Positions 20,472 through 29,202 of a stretch of 32,000 bases of DNA are shown piece by piece. The notes beneath the pieces were generated by a model that was not told the origin of the DNA, did not search any database, and saw nothing but the letters and a program-made list of their open reading frames with translations. The position numbers were made by a program, and so were the translations under genes. The DNA is from Candidatus Thorarchaeota archaeon (GTDB lineage: Archaea > Asgardarchaeota > Heimdallarchaeia > Heimdallarchaeales > Heimdallarchaeaceae). Each line of letters opens with the position of its first letter. Within the stretch, counting starts at the first letter, position 1. The DNA is taken from positions 7,096 through 39,095 of the forward strand of contig JBHLQZ010000003.1 in the NCBI GenBank assembly GCA_048883065.1, in the 5' to 3' direction.

Positions 20472-20981
20472 TTAATCCTCCTTTGATATTTTCAAGGTTA
20501 TATCTCTCAATTGTTCCCATGTGTATTCCTTTCGCAAAGGTCTTACGTCATCAGGCCATTTCTCTGGTAATATTAATCTCTGTAAGAATGGGTGATTTTC
20601 AAAGTAAATACCAAAGAAATCATACACTTCTCGCTCATAGTAGTCTGCTGCAACAAAGAAATCTATCATACTAGGGGTCTTTGGATTCTTTTTGTCTATC
20701 TTAGTTACTATAAAATTAATTGGCACTTCCCTAAATTCTTCTTCTATCCTGTGTTGGATATGATAACAGACCTGAAATTCTTCTTCTTTTTCAATTCCAG
20801 ATATTGTAGTTAAATGATATATCCCAGCATCTTCGTGAAGAATTTTCATCAGATTGTAAGCATTTGTTGCTGTAGAATGGACATCAAAATGTCCTTCTTC
20901 AACCTTAATAATTTCTTCTACGAGATTTTCTGGCAAAGTAATATTTAAAATTCCTTCTAATTCCTTGAGTACTTCGCTCAT
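20472..20981 (-). CDS. NuoC/MbhK-like hydrogenase subunit
   Basis: 169 aa. The C-terminal pattern YYEREVYDFFGIYFENHP...RLILPEKWP is typical of the NuoC/30-kDa family. GGAG RBS is present. It is the first gene of the peripheral-arm operon. Confidence 0.8.
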   Translation of the reverse strand: MSEVLKELEGILNITLPENLVEEIIKVEEGHFDVHSTATNAYNLMKILHEDAGIYHLTTISGIEKEEEFQVCYHIQHRIEEEFREVPINFIVTKIDKKNPKTPSMIDFFVAADYYEREVYDFFGIYFENHPFLQRLILPEKWPDDVRPLRKEYTWEQLRDITLKISKED

Positions 20982-21088
20982 AAGAACTCCTCTTTAACGA
21001 TTTATTTAACTCATTTTTAAGTTATTCAAAAATGTTATGCTGTGGCGATATAATTTATTTTCTTGAAAAACTTACTTAAAATCAAGAA

Positions 21089-21775
21089 TTAATCTTTCTT
21101 AATAAGGATGTAATCATTTCCTTTGATTTTATCTGGTATCTCTTGTAAATACCATCCTCTTGCTTGGAGAACAAGAAGATAAGCTATCATATTTGGTTTT
21201 ATGCTGTAATTTTTATAATTAAGTATTTCATCTGAAATCCACTCCCCTTCCTGTTCTTTAAGATTTAACCACTCATTAATTGACAGAATTCTGCCTGTAT
21301 ATACAACACCAAAGGATTTTTCTAGTATTTCTGGAATTAATTGAATGGATTCTCCAACTAGCACTTCATCACTCTTTTCTTGGTTTTCAAAAATATTACT
21401 CAGAACTGCAGTTTTTGTTTCAAAGCTATTCGATATTTTTGGTTTTATTGGAGTAAAGGTCTCAAAATCGGGGAACACAGCTTTTTCTTCACATAAATAA
21501 ACCTTTTCCATAACTACTCTGAATTTATATCCTCTTGATGAAAGTAGAAGTAAATATGCAGCATCTATGTTTTTTAGTTTATAGTTGCGTTTTAAAATTT
21601 GAATGCCCTCAAATGCACTCAATTTTTTTTTCGCTTCACCAAAACACTCGTTGTTATCTATAATATCAGGAATTACTTGTGCTAGATTATTTATGAAGTA
21701 TTGATTAGTTTTGGTAGAGAAATCAATGAAAATTCTCAAAATTTGCGCATTTACGTCTTTTTCGTGAAACACCAT
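21089..21775 (-). CDS. hypothetical protein with an internal duplicated motif
   Basis: 228-aa ATG ORF. The motif NYx[LI]K...AYLL[LV]LxxRG[YW] occurs twice, at aa 65-85 (21521-21583) and aa 189-210 (21146-21211). I recognised no known domain. Confidence 0.55.
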   Translation of the reverse strand: MVFHEKDVNAQILRIFIDFSTKTNQYFINNLAQVIPDIIDNNECFGEAKKKLSAFEGIQILKRNYKLKNIDAAYLLLLSSRGYKFRVVMEKVYLCEEKAVFPDFETFTPIKPKISNSFETKTAVLSNIFENQEKSDEVLVGESIQLIPEILEKSFGVVYTGRILSINEWLNLKEQEGEWISDEILNYKNYSIKPNMIAYLLVLQARGWYLQEIPDKIKGNDYILIKKD

Positions 21776-21845
21776 ATAAATAAGATTTTATTATATAATA
21801 TATTTAACTTGTTCGGATTTATGCAACAAAAAATAATAAATTAAT

Positions 21846-22067
21846 TTAGCTATTGAGTATCTCTTCCCACAATTTTAGGTCTTCTTTTGCTTGTTCAGGA
21901 TCTAATTTTGAGATTATAAAACCAGTATGAACTAATACATAGTCTCCTATATCTAAAGCTTCTTCAAGAAGTGAAGTGTCAGCTTCACGTTTAACACCAG
22001 TAATATCAACCATAACCCTTTTTTCACTGATTAATTCACAAACTAGACCTGGAATAGCTAAACACAT
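21846..22067 (-). CDS. hypC: hydrogenase assembly chaperone HypC
   Basis: It has the diagnostic N-terminus MCLAIPG. The essential Cys2 requires the ATG at 22067, whereas the track start at 22076 is a TTG. The 73-aa length is typical of the HypC/HupF OB-fold chaperones. Confidence 0.9.
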   Translation of the reverse strand: MCLAIPGLVCELISEKRVMVDITGVKREADTSLLEEALDIGDYVLVHTGFIISKLDPEQAKEDLKLWEEILNS

Positions 22068-22122
22068 TGTTCTCAATTCTCACTTTCTTTATGATTAATT
22101 AACTCTTTTTATTTTGCAATAA

Positions 22123-23223
22123 TTACTCCCAAACTATCTCTTCATAAGTTGCAGCTACATTACAAGTACCTTCATGACTAATCATGCATGCACCAATAGG
22201 GTGATCTGGCCTGCAAGCTTTGTTGAAAAGTTTGCATTGATATGGTTTAGATTTACCAATTAAGATTTCGTCACAAATACATCCACCATGCAAGTCTACA
22301 GAGGTAAGTTCTGGAACATCATATTTTTTCTTAGCGTCAATGTGGGCATACTTATCACGAATTTCGTGCCCCGTCATTGGAAAAACACCAAGTCCCCTCC
22401 ATCGTGCATCAGATACAATATAAGCATCATCCAAGGTTCTAAGAGCTGCAGTATTTCCTTCATGTCTAACCCATCGACCGTAGGTATTGTCAACAATTGG
22501 TCTTTCTTCGTCTATTTGCTTAATTAGCGAAAGAATTCCCATAAGAATATCAACAGGTTCAAAACCAGCAATAGCGACTGGGAAATTATATTTTTCTGTG
22601 ATAAATTCGTAAGGTTTTATTCCTATAATCGTAGAAACATGCCCTGGTGCTAGATACCCTTGGAATTCTATGTCCTCCCTTTGAAGAAGTAATTCCATAG
22701 CTGGAGGAATCACTTTGTGGGAAGAATAAATGCTAAAATTAGGTAAATTAGTTCGAATAACTTCAGCTGCAGTAACACAAGAAGTTGTTTCAAATCCTAC
22801 ACTAAAGAAGATTATATCTTTATCTAGGTTTTTTTCTGCTAATTTTATCGCATCTGATACTCCATAAACAACATGTACATCAACTCCTCTTCCTTGTGCT
22901 TGATAAAGTGATTCTGTAGAACCAGGAACTCTCATCATATCGCCAAAAGTAGTTATTGTAGCGTTAAAATTATCAGCAATCCAAAGAACTTCATCAACAT
23001 CTTGAGCACTAGAGACACAAACTGGACATCCTGGACCTGCAATCAAATCAATTTTTTTCGGTAATAATGATCGTAAACCTGCTTTTACAACATCATGTTC
23101 ATGCGTTCCACAAACATGCATAATCCTGATATTATCATCTATTGAATCACTTATTTGAGTTATTTTTCTTATCAAAGCTTTAACTAAATCTTTGTCTCTA
23201 TACTGCTTAGTTGGTTCTGACAT
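22123..23223 (-). CDS. hypD: hydrogenase maturation Fe-S protein HypD
   Basis: Motifs CGTHEH, GPGCPVCV, GFETT and PGHVS, plus the C-terminal Cys cluster (CxxxxxxC...CxxH-type). Length 366 aa. Confidence 0.93.
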   Translation of the reverse strand: MSEPTKQYRDKDLVKALIRKITQISDSIDDNIRIMHVCGTHEHDVVKAGLRSLLPKKIDLIAGPGCPVCVSSAQDVDEVLWIADNFNATITTFGDMMRVPGSTESLYQAQGRGVDVHVVYGVSDAIKLAEKNLDKDIIFFSVGFETTSCVTAAEVIRTNLPNFSIYSSHKVIPPAMELLLQREDIEFQGYLAPGHVSTIIGIKPYEFITEKYNFPVAIAGFEPVDILMGILSLIKQIDEERPIVDNTYGRWVRHEGNTAALRTLDDAYIVSDARWRGLGVFPMTGHEIRDKYAHIDAKKKYDVPELTSVDLHGGCICDEILIGKSKPYQCKLFNKACRPDHPIGACMISHEGTCNVAATYEEIVWE

Positions 23224-23335
23224 CTAGAAGTAATCCTACTAATCTCTGAAATTGCAAAGAAAGCACGAATAAATAACTTCTTCTCTTGGACAAGAAATGG
23301 ATATTTTTATATAACCTAAAAATTTGAAACTTCCT

Positions 23336-23884
23336 ATGAAAATTCTAGTTACCTACTTCTCGAAAACTGGTAATACAAAAAGGATAGCAGAAGCTATACA
23401 TGAAATTACATCTCAGAGTAATGATTCAACACTAGGAAATTTTAAGGATCTTAAAGTTAAAGAGTTAAATAACTATGATTTAATTTTTCTCGGTTCTGCT
23501 TGCCATCATTCAAATTTAGCACCACCAGTTTTGAGATTTATTAAGAAAATTCCGGGATCTCCAGTATTCAAGCTTGCAGGTTTTGTTACTCATTCAACTT
23601 ACCCTCCAGAAGGTTCAGAAAGACATGCTAAGCTTTTTGAACAATGGGCAGGCAAGTGTGAAAAAACCTTTGAAAAACTTCAAAAAGAAAAAGAAATCGA
23701 TTACAAAGGTTTTTTCCGGTGTATGGGCGTTCCTTCAAAACCTATAGAGAGATTCATCCATGCAGAGATAATTACCGAAGAAGAGGAATGGAAAGAATAC
23801 TTAGAGGAAGTTGTCAAGCACCCCGATGAAAAGGATATTGAAAATGCCAAGTTATTTGCCAAAGAAATTCTTGATAAATGTTAG
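23336..23884 (+). CDS. flavodoxin-like protein
   Basis: MKILVTYFSKTGNTKRIAEAI is an FMN phosphate-loop pattern, and DLIFLGSACHH follows. The track start at 23324 is a TTG. ATG 23336 lies about 20 nt downstream of a TTTTATATAA box. Confidence 0.7.
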   Translation: MKILVTYFSKTGNTKRIAEAIHEITSQSNDSTLGNFKDLKVKELNNYDLIFLGSACHHSNLAPPVLRFIKKIPGSPVFKLAGFVTHSTYPPEGSERHAKLFEQWAGKCEKTFEKLQKEKEIDYKGFFRCMGVPSKPIERFIHAEIITEEEEWKEYLEEVVKHPDEKDIENAKLFAKEILDKC

Positions 23885-23888
23885 AACT

Positions 23889-24875
23889 TTAATGGAATTC
23901 TTCTGGAATATGTATAGCGAATTTACACTCTAAAGCACCAACTATAGGAGTTTCAATTGGTTCAACCTTAACAGATTGGTCGAAGATTATATCCCAATAT
24001 TGTTTGAAATATCCAGCACTACAATGACAGAAATTTGAGGAAATCTCTTTTTCTTCTCCTTTCTTAATTGCTCCCCGAACCCAAGCACAATAGCAGCTAT
24101 AGTATCTTTTCATTCTTTGATCTTCAGCTTTCAGCATTTTCTGAATTTGATATGGGATTTTTGTTACAATTATCTTATCTCCTTCTCTTTTTCCTGGTGT
24201 TATAGTTGGTGATTTTTTGACATATTCAACTACTTCATCATCTATATATTGAGTATATTCTAGCGTCCCCTCATCACGATGTTTCTCAATCCTTTCGACC
24301 AACTCCTGCTTTTTCAAAATTAGAAATTCATCAATATCTTTCAGTTTTAAGAAATCTTCTCTATCCCTTTTAGCTTTTTCAACAGGACCTCCATGTAAAC
24401 AAGGAGCCAAAAGTTCTACTGTTTTTTCTTCTCCAAGAACTCTTTCCATCCTATTCATTATCTCTTCAGTAAACTGTGGTTTTTTATCCGGATGAACTCC
24501 TAATGGGGGTATGGTCATTCCCTTGAAAACCTCTTCACAAATTTCTTCACCGTGTTTTTCAGCAATTCTTTGGTGAAGATTATCCATCGCATTATAACCC
24601 TCTGCTATATCAATGACTTCAATGATATAATCATATTTTTTTGTGAAATTTGCATAATTTATTATTGCCCTTAATAGATCTAGAATTTCCTCATCTTCTT
24701 TTTTAACTAGAATTTCTGTATATTCCAGAATTTTTCCGTCTGGTATTGCATTAATTCTAATATCTTCCTTCTTAAGAAATTCTTGTAGTTCTTGTAGTTT
24801 AGTTATGAATATTGTAGCTTGCTCTTTTGTGATGTTGTTTTTCAATAAATATTCTCTAAAAGCTTCCAGTTTCAC
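23889..24875 (-). CDS. hypothetical Cys/His-rich protein
   Basis: 328 aa. The start is a GTG with an AAGGTG RBS 8 nt upstream, and an in-frame TAA just upstream excludes a longer form. The C-terminal 70 aa carry YYSCYCAW, NFCHCSAGYFKQYW and ECKFAIH (23910-24101). I did not recognise the family. Confidence 0.6.
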   Translation of the reverse strand: MKLEAFREYLLKNNITKEQATIFITKLQELQEFLKKEDIRINAIPDGKILEYTEILVKKEDEEILDLLRAIINYANFTKKYDYIIEVIDIAEGYNAMDNLHQRIAEKHGEEICEEVFKGMTIPPLGVHPDKKPQFTEEIMNRMERVLGEEKTVELLAPCLHGGPVEKAKRDREDFLKLKDIDEFLILKKQELVERIEKHRDEGTLEYTQYIDDEVVEYVKKSPTITPGKREGDKIIVTKIPYQIQKMLKAEDQRMKRYYSCYCAWVRGAIKKGEEKEISSNFCHCSAGYFKQYWDIIFDQSVKVEPIETPIVGALECKFAIHIPEEFH

Positions 24876-24950
24876 GATATTACACCTTGTTAATCATCAT
24901 ATGTTTTGATAAATTAACCTTCAAACAGTTATATTTTTTATTAAACTAAA

Positions 24951-25487
24951 TTAGTTATCTTTCTCAACTTGATTTATTCTCTCAACTAATAATTCAGTAA
25001 ATTCTTCTGCAGCAATTTTACATTCCTTAGAAAGTGGTGTATTGAAATACATAGATTTAGGTTGAATGCCTACATAAACAGTAAGTAAATCAGGAATCGT
25101 GGGCTTGAGAAATTCCTCAAGCATTGTCAAAGAGAGAGTATGAGTTGAAAGATGAAAACCACTAGAAACAGCTTCTTTATGGAAGATGGCGATAGCACCT
25201 GGTATTTCTTTCATATCTGCTGCATCAACTATAATAATCCTGTTAGGTTTCCATTTCTCAATTTTTCCAAGAAAATGTTCTGGTACTCTTTCACAATAGA
25301 AATTCTTTACCCATGTAGGCAAATTTCCCTGTTGAAGTAGTTTTAGGATATGCAATCCGACAGCATCATCACCATTATCTTCATTTCCAATACCTAATAT
25401 AGCGAGTTTTCTTGCACCTGCTAGAAAATCATCTATAGCTCTAACAAATTCTTCAGTAAATGGTTCTGCTATTTCTTTATTGTTCAT
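24951..25487 (-). CDS. [NiFe]-hydrogenase maturation endopeptidase (HycI/HybD family)
   Basis: Family motifs ILGIGNEDNGDDAVGLHI, IIVDAA and HLSTHTLSL (metal ligands Asp/Asp/His). The track start at 25502 is a TTG. The first ATG is at 25487. Confidence 0.85.
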   Translation of the reverse strand: MNNKEIAEPFTEEFVRAIDDFLAGARKLAILGIGNEDNGDDAVGLHILKLLQQGNLPTWVKNFYCERVPEHFLGKIEKWKPNRIIIVDAADMKEIPGAIAIFHKEAVSSGFHLSTHTLSLTMLEEFLKPTIPDLLTVYVGIQPKSMYFNTPLSKECKIAAEEFTELLVERINQVEKDN

Positions 25488-25550
25488 TAGCTTAAACTCC
25501 AATATTTTGTTGATAAATTCTTCTTTTGAGTTAAAAAAGGAGAAGGTCCT

Positions 25551-26429
25551 TTAGCTCTTTACTCCTTCTATAAATTCTAAGACGGCTTTACTACACTCTT
25601 CAGGATAGAATAACCAAACATATGCATGCATACCACCTTTTATATGGACAATTTTGCTATCAGAGAGAAAAGATTGAAAGAACTTTAAAGCTTCTCGGAA
25701 TTTTTTATTTTTCCAATTTTCTTCACCAGGAAGAAATAGAACTGGTGCTTTAATGTTCTTATAATAGTCTTCAAATCTTATATCCCAATAATTTTTCATG
25801 TAACTTTCACTAACCCAGAGAGGTACTGTACCTGTATATTTTCCGTCTGGAGTTTCATAAATCTCATATTCTGCCATAGTTTGTACATATTGGTTCCAAA
25901 AACCGCGAGGTTCATACCTTTCTTTCAGTTTTTCAAGAAGTTCTTCTGGAGAATTGTAGAAAACTTGAGATGATCTTATCCTTTCAAGTGTTTGCTTCTC
26001 TTCTTTTTCCTTTTCTTCATCTGTCGGATTATTTAAGCCGTACGGGTCATATACATTATTCATAGCACTACCTTCAACAACAACAGATAAGACTTTATCA
26101 GGATATCTTGCTGCAATATTCACTGATAGTTCAGCTCCTAGAGAACTTCCAACAAAATGAGCTTTTTCTATATTCTTCTTTTGCATGAAGAGTACAATAT
26201 CATCCCCCATTATATCCAAGTTATAATCTGCTTTTGGTTTATCAGAAAGACCATGACCTCGATAATCTAATAGAATCAATCTATATCTGTCTTTTAGATA
26301 AGGGACAATACCATTCCACATTGCAAGAGATGAAAATCCAAAATGCAATAAAATTATTGTATCGCCTTCAGCTGGATACTCATGGTAATGTAGTTTAATC
26401 CCTCTAACTTCAGTATACTCATCAATCAT
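25551..26429 (-). CDS. alpha/beta-fold hydrolase
   Basis: HG oxyanion motif (ILLHFGFSS), nucleophile elbow GSSLG (HFVGSSLGA), and a C-terminal His (GGMHAY). The substrate is unknown. Confidence 0.8.
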   Translation of the reverse strand: MIDEYTEVRGIKLHYHEYPAEGDTIILLHFGFSSLAMWNGIVPYLKDRYRLILLDYRGHGLSDKPKADYNLDIMGDDIVLFMQKKNIEKAHFVGSSLGAELSVNIAARYPDKVLSVVVEGSAMNNVYDPYGLNNPTDEEKEKEEKQTLERIRSSQVFYNSPEELLEKLKERYEPRGFWNQYVQTMAEYEIYETPDGKYTGTVPLWVSESYMKNYWDIRFEDYYKNIKAPVLFLPGEENWKNKKFREALKFFQSFLSDSKIVHIKGGMHAYVWLFYPEECSKAVLEFIEGVKS

Positions 26430-26553
26430 ATTGTTTCCCTTAAATTATTGTAAGTATATAATCATATTAAGCGTCATGATGTATTGAAAAAAACTATCAT
26501 AGTTTAATGTTTCGAAGACAACACAAAAAGCTAACTGACCTAAAATAGCAATG

Positions 26554-26562
26554 TTTAAAATA
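26554..26562 (+). promoter_or_regulatory. TATA box for SRP RNA
   Basis: TTTAAAATA ends about 25 nt upstream of the first nucleotide of the SRP RNA terminal helix. Confidence 0.4.
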
Positions 26563-26587
26563 GTTTGGCTCTTCTTTGCTATTACGA

Positions 26588-26918
26588 AACTGAGTCGATA
26601 GCAACGACTAGCCGGGGACCTAGGGCGTCCTTGTACCAGAAGCGCTCTATATGCTGGGGCGAAATCTGATGCTGAGGCTTCGTTGAGGTTGATACGCTCT
26701 AACTGGATGGTGTAGAAGCGCCACCCTATGAGACTGTATACACTGGAGGCGCCTTTAGAGGAAGGCGTTAGAAAGGTTGATGTCAAAAAGGGTCAGGCAC
26801 GGAAGTGAACAGCCCTAAGACTAATATGTGGTGCCCATAGCAAGTGACGTGGAGCTTAAAGTTAGAAAACGGCTTCTGAGATGATGTCAAACTTCAGGTC
26901 GCTATGTTCGACTCAGTT
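26588..26918 (+). ncRNA. signal recognition particle RNA (archaeal 7S/SRP RNA)
   Basis: GC-rich island. The helix 8 (domain IV) motif GGUCAGGCAC-GGAA-GUGAACAGCC at 26791-26814 matches the universal GGUCAGGUCC-GGAA-GGAAGCAGCC. The 5' end AACUGAGUCGAUAGC pairs with the 3' end GCUAUGUUCGACUCAGUU. Long helix-5 pairings are also present (GAGGUUG/CGGCUUC, UCUAACU/AGUUAGA). The ~330-nt length fits archaeal SRP RNA. Confidence 0.8.
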
Positions 26919-26951
26919 GTCTACTACTCTTATATGTTTATACCTAGAATT

Positions 26952-27887
26952 TTATTTTGTATCTAATTGTGTTTTCAACCAACAGCTTTTACATATATTA
27001 CCAGCTGTTGCTTCTCCACATTTTTCGCATTCTCTCAATTTTCCCTTAGTTTTTACACCTTTTATTAATTTTAGAAATTTATCGTGTCCTCTAAGGATAT
27101 TGAAAGAAAGCATGGGTTGCTTTTCCTGTGTTTTGAATACAAATTCCCTTACTTCGCCTCTATAAGCTTCTACGGAATAAGGGCATTGTATCTCTTGGTA
27201 TTCTAAATCATTAATAATACAGTACATTACAATTTCCGCTTGTGGTGTTGAACGAAAAGGTTTCACTCTTGGTACTAGACTTTCATGAATTTTTCTTGGA
27301 CTTGGATTCAATCTAGTTAATCTTTCTATGTCTCCTCTAATTATGTTTAGAAGGATTGTCTCTACTTCATCTTCGAGATTATGGGCTGTAACTAAAACGT
27401 CAGCGTTGATTTCCTTAGCTGCATAGTTTAGAAGTTTCCTTCTTAGAATGCCGCAATAAGTGCATGCACCAAACTCTCTTTCTTTTCCTCTCTCTCCTAA
27501 TATTCTTATTATTTCATCCAAACCGTACCCAAAATCTTTCTCAAAAGAGTAGATATGATGTTCTAATCCTAATCTATTTACATGTTTCTTTGCATATTGT
27601 AATCCCTCTTCTCGGTAGTTTTCTATTCCTTCATCTATTGTAATAGCAACTATTTCACTCTCTGGGAAATCTTCTTCAATTTTATTTAGAATATCTACTA
27701 GAGCTACACTATCCTTTCCACCAGAAATTCCTACAGCAATTCTATCTCTTCTCCCAAACATTTTGTTTTTAGTTATTGTTTTTTGAACTCTTTTTTTCAT
27801 TTGTTCATTAAAATGATGAATGCATAATGCTAATTTATCATAGGGGCGAAGGTATACAGCTTGATTTCCACAAAACGTGCACTTCAT
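26952..27887 (-). CDS. TtuA/NcsA-family tRNA 2-thiolation PP-loop ATPase
   Basis: N-terminal Zn finger (CTFCGN...CIHH), PP-loop SGGKDS, Fe-S cysteines (GACTYCG, QCPY) and a C-terminal Zn finger (CEKCG...CKSC). Confidence 0.85.
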   Translation of the reverse strand: MKCTFCGNQAVYLRPYDKLALCIHHFNEQMKKRVQKTITKNKMFGRRDRIAVGISGGKDSVALVDILNKIEEDFPESEIVAITIDEGIENYREEGLQYAKKHVNRLGLEHHIYSFEKDFGYGLDEIIRILGERGKEREFGACTYCGILRRKLLNYAAKEINADVLVTAHNLEDEVETILLNIIRGDIERLTRLNPSPRKIHESLVPRVKPFRSTPQAEIVMYCIINDLEYQEIQCPYSVEAYRGEVREFVFKTQEKQPMLSFNILRGHDKFLKLIKGVKTKGKLRECEKCGEATAGNICKSCWLKTQLDTK

Positions 27888-27892
27888 TTATA

Positions 27893-29092
27893 TTACCAAC
27901 TAAATCTAATCATTGAGAGCGCGAGGTTGATCAATAATATACAGAGACTGAAGAATCTTAATGTATTTAGTATTTTCTTTCTTTTATTCTCATTATATCC
28001 TTTAATAACTAGGTAATCCCTTAGGATTTTGTCACCATCTGATATCCAAAGTGGAAGCATATTTAGAAAAACTGCCATTATGCTGAGATTAAGAGTATAT
28101 AAAATTTCAATATCCCAGTAGTATGGAAACCAAACAGATTGCCAACTTCCTTTTGGAGGTTTATAATTGAAAATATTCACTCCTAGAAATATTTTATTCG
28201 TACTATTTGTATTTGTGTTAGGATTTGTTCTTGTAGGTGTAAGTGGAACAATTGTTCCATTTAGTAATTTTAAATAGAGCAAACTTTCGTTTACATAGTT
28301 AGCAAGAACTATACTATAATCCTGAACATTGTTAATCTCAGAATAAACGACTGCTAGTTCTGTTGTGTTATATGTGCCCATACTTTGAATTATGTCTCCT
28401 CTACTTATTCCAGCATTGATTGCAGGATAATCATCGTATACTTTAGTGACTAAAACACCATCAGAATTTTTATAACCAATTGAAATAATAAAAGGAGACA
28501 ATAAATAAAGAATCAAAAAGAAAACTGCGAAGACTGAGTTTACTGCAGATCCATTCATAAATACCTTGATTCTTTTCTTTAAGTCTGCCTTTTCTACACT
28601 CTCTTTTGCTAATTCAACAAAAGCACCAAAAAGTACAACTAATATTAATATTCCAGATGATTTTATTTCAATACCTTCTCTTCTAGCCATAACACCATGT
28701 GCGATTTCATGTGGTACAAGAACAAACAGGATTGGAAGGATGAACAATAAAGCAACCCTAAATTCCATTGTTACTCCAGGAATAATCAATTGCAATCCTA
28801 TTCCCGCTGGAGATTTGAAGAGAATGAGGAATGGATTTACTAAAAAAAATCCAAACAATGCAATCGTTATAATACCTGCAAGGATTTTACCAATGTTATA
28901 AACCCATTTCCAGAATGTTTTCCAATTGTCCCCCATCTTCATTAGGAGTTTGTTAAAAAATTCTGTTTTAAACATTAAACCTAAGGGAAAGAAATGAATC
29001 CCAAATCTCTCTAATTTTAGGAAACTACCAAGAGATGTCAGAATTAGTAGTCCCATAATAATTATAAGTAAAATCTGTAAAGCAGTAAGCAT
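27893..29092 (-). CDS. site-2 protease family (M50) membrane metalloprotease with PDZ-like insert
   Basis: HEIAHGVMARREG (HExxH) in a TM helix, the second motif NMLPLWISDGDK (NxxPxxxxDG), multiple TM segments and a central soluble domain. Confidence 0.85.
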   Translation of the reverse strand: MLTALQILLIIIMGLLILTSLGSFLKLERFGIHFFPLGLMFKTEFFNKLLMKMGDNWKTFWKWVYNIGKILAGIITIALFGFFLVNPFLILFKSPAGIGLQLIIPGVTMEFRVALLFILPILFVLVPHEIAHGVMARREGIEIKSSGILILVVLFGAFVELAKESVEKADLKKRIKVFMNGSAVNSVFAVFFLILYLLSPFIISIGYKNSDGVLVTKVYDDYPAINAGISRGDIIQSMGTYNTTELAVVYSEINNVQDYSIVLANYVNESLLYLKLLNGTIVPLTPTRTNPNTNTNSTNKIFLGVNIFNYKPPKGSWQSVWFPYYWDIEILYTLNLSIMAVFLNMLPLWISDGDKILRDYLVIKGYNENKRKKILNTLRFFSLCILLINLALSMIRFSW

Positions 29093-29202
29093 CGTTTATT
29101 CCCTTTGAACTCTAAAATACATTAAGGGTTTATAAAAAATATTCTTCTATATATTCTACACAATCTTATACTTTTTATTAACAAAACTCAATCCTAAATT
29201 GA

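Noticed and set aside
20470-20520. Longer N-terminus for the hydrogenase large subunit, and long TTG/GTG-initiated forms of gyrB, nuoB-like, hypC, hypF, flavodoxin-like, protease and pelota
   Set aside because: The extended forms overlap the upstream gene or begin at non-ATG codons. In each case an ATG with a GGAGG-like RBS restores the canonical family N-terminus, for example MCLAIPG for HypC and MKVIKKDYKHG for Pelota.
26470-26540. Possible C/D-box sRNA (AUGAUGU at about 26474 and CUGA at about 26535)
   Set aside because: The C box is imperfect. I saw no internal C'/D' boxes and no convincing terminal stem. The region is more simply the promoter and spacer upstream of the SRP RNA.
26445-26786. 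113-aa ORF on the - strand, together with the 94-aa + strand ORF at 26881-27165
   Set aside because: Both overlap the SRP RNA gene or its flank, and the second also runs antisense to the TtuA/NcsA gene. Their composition is not protein-like, and neither has an RBS.
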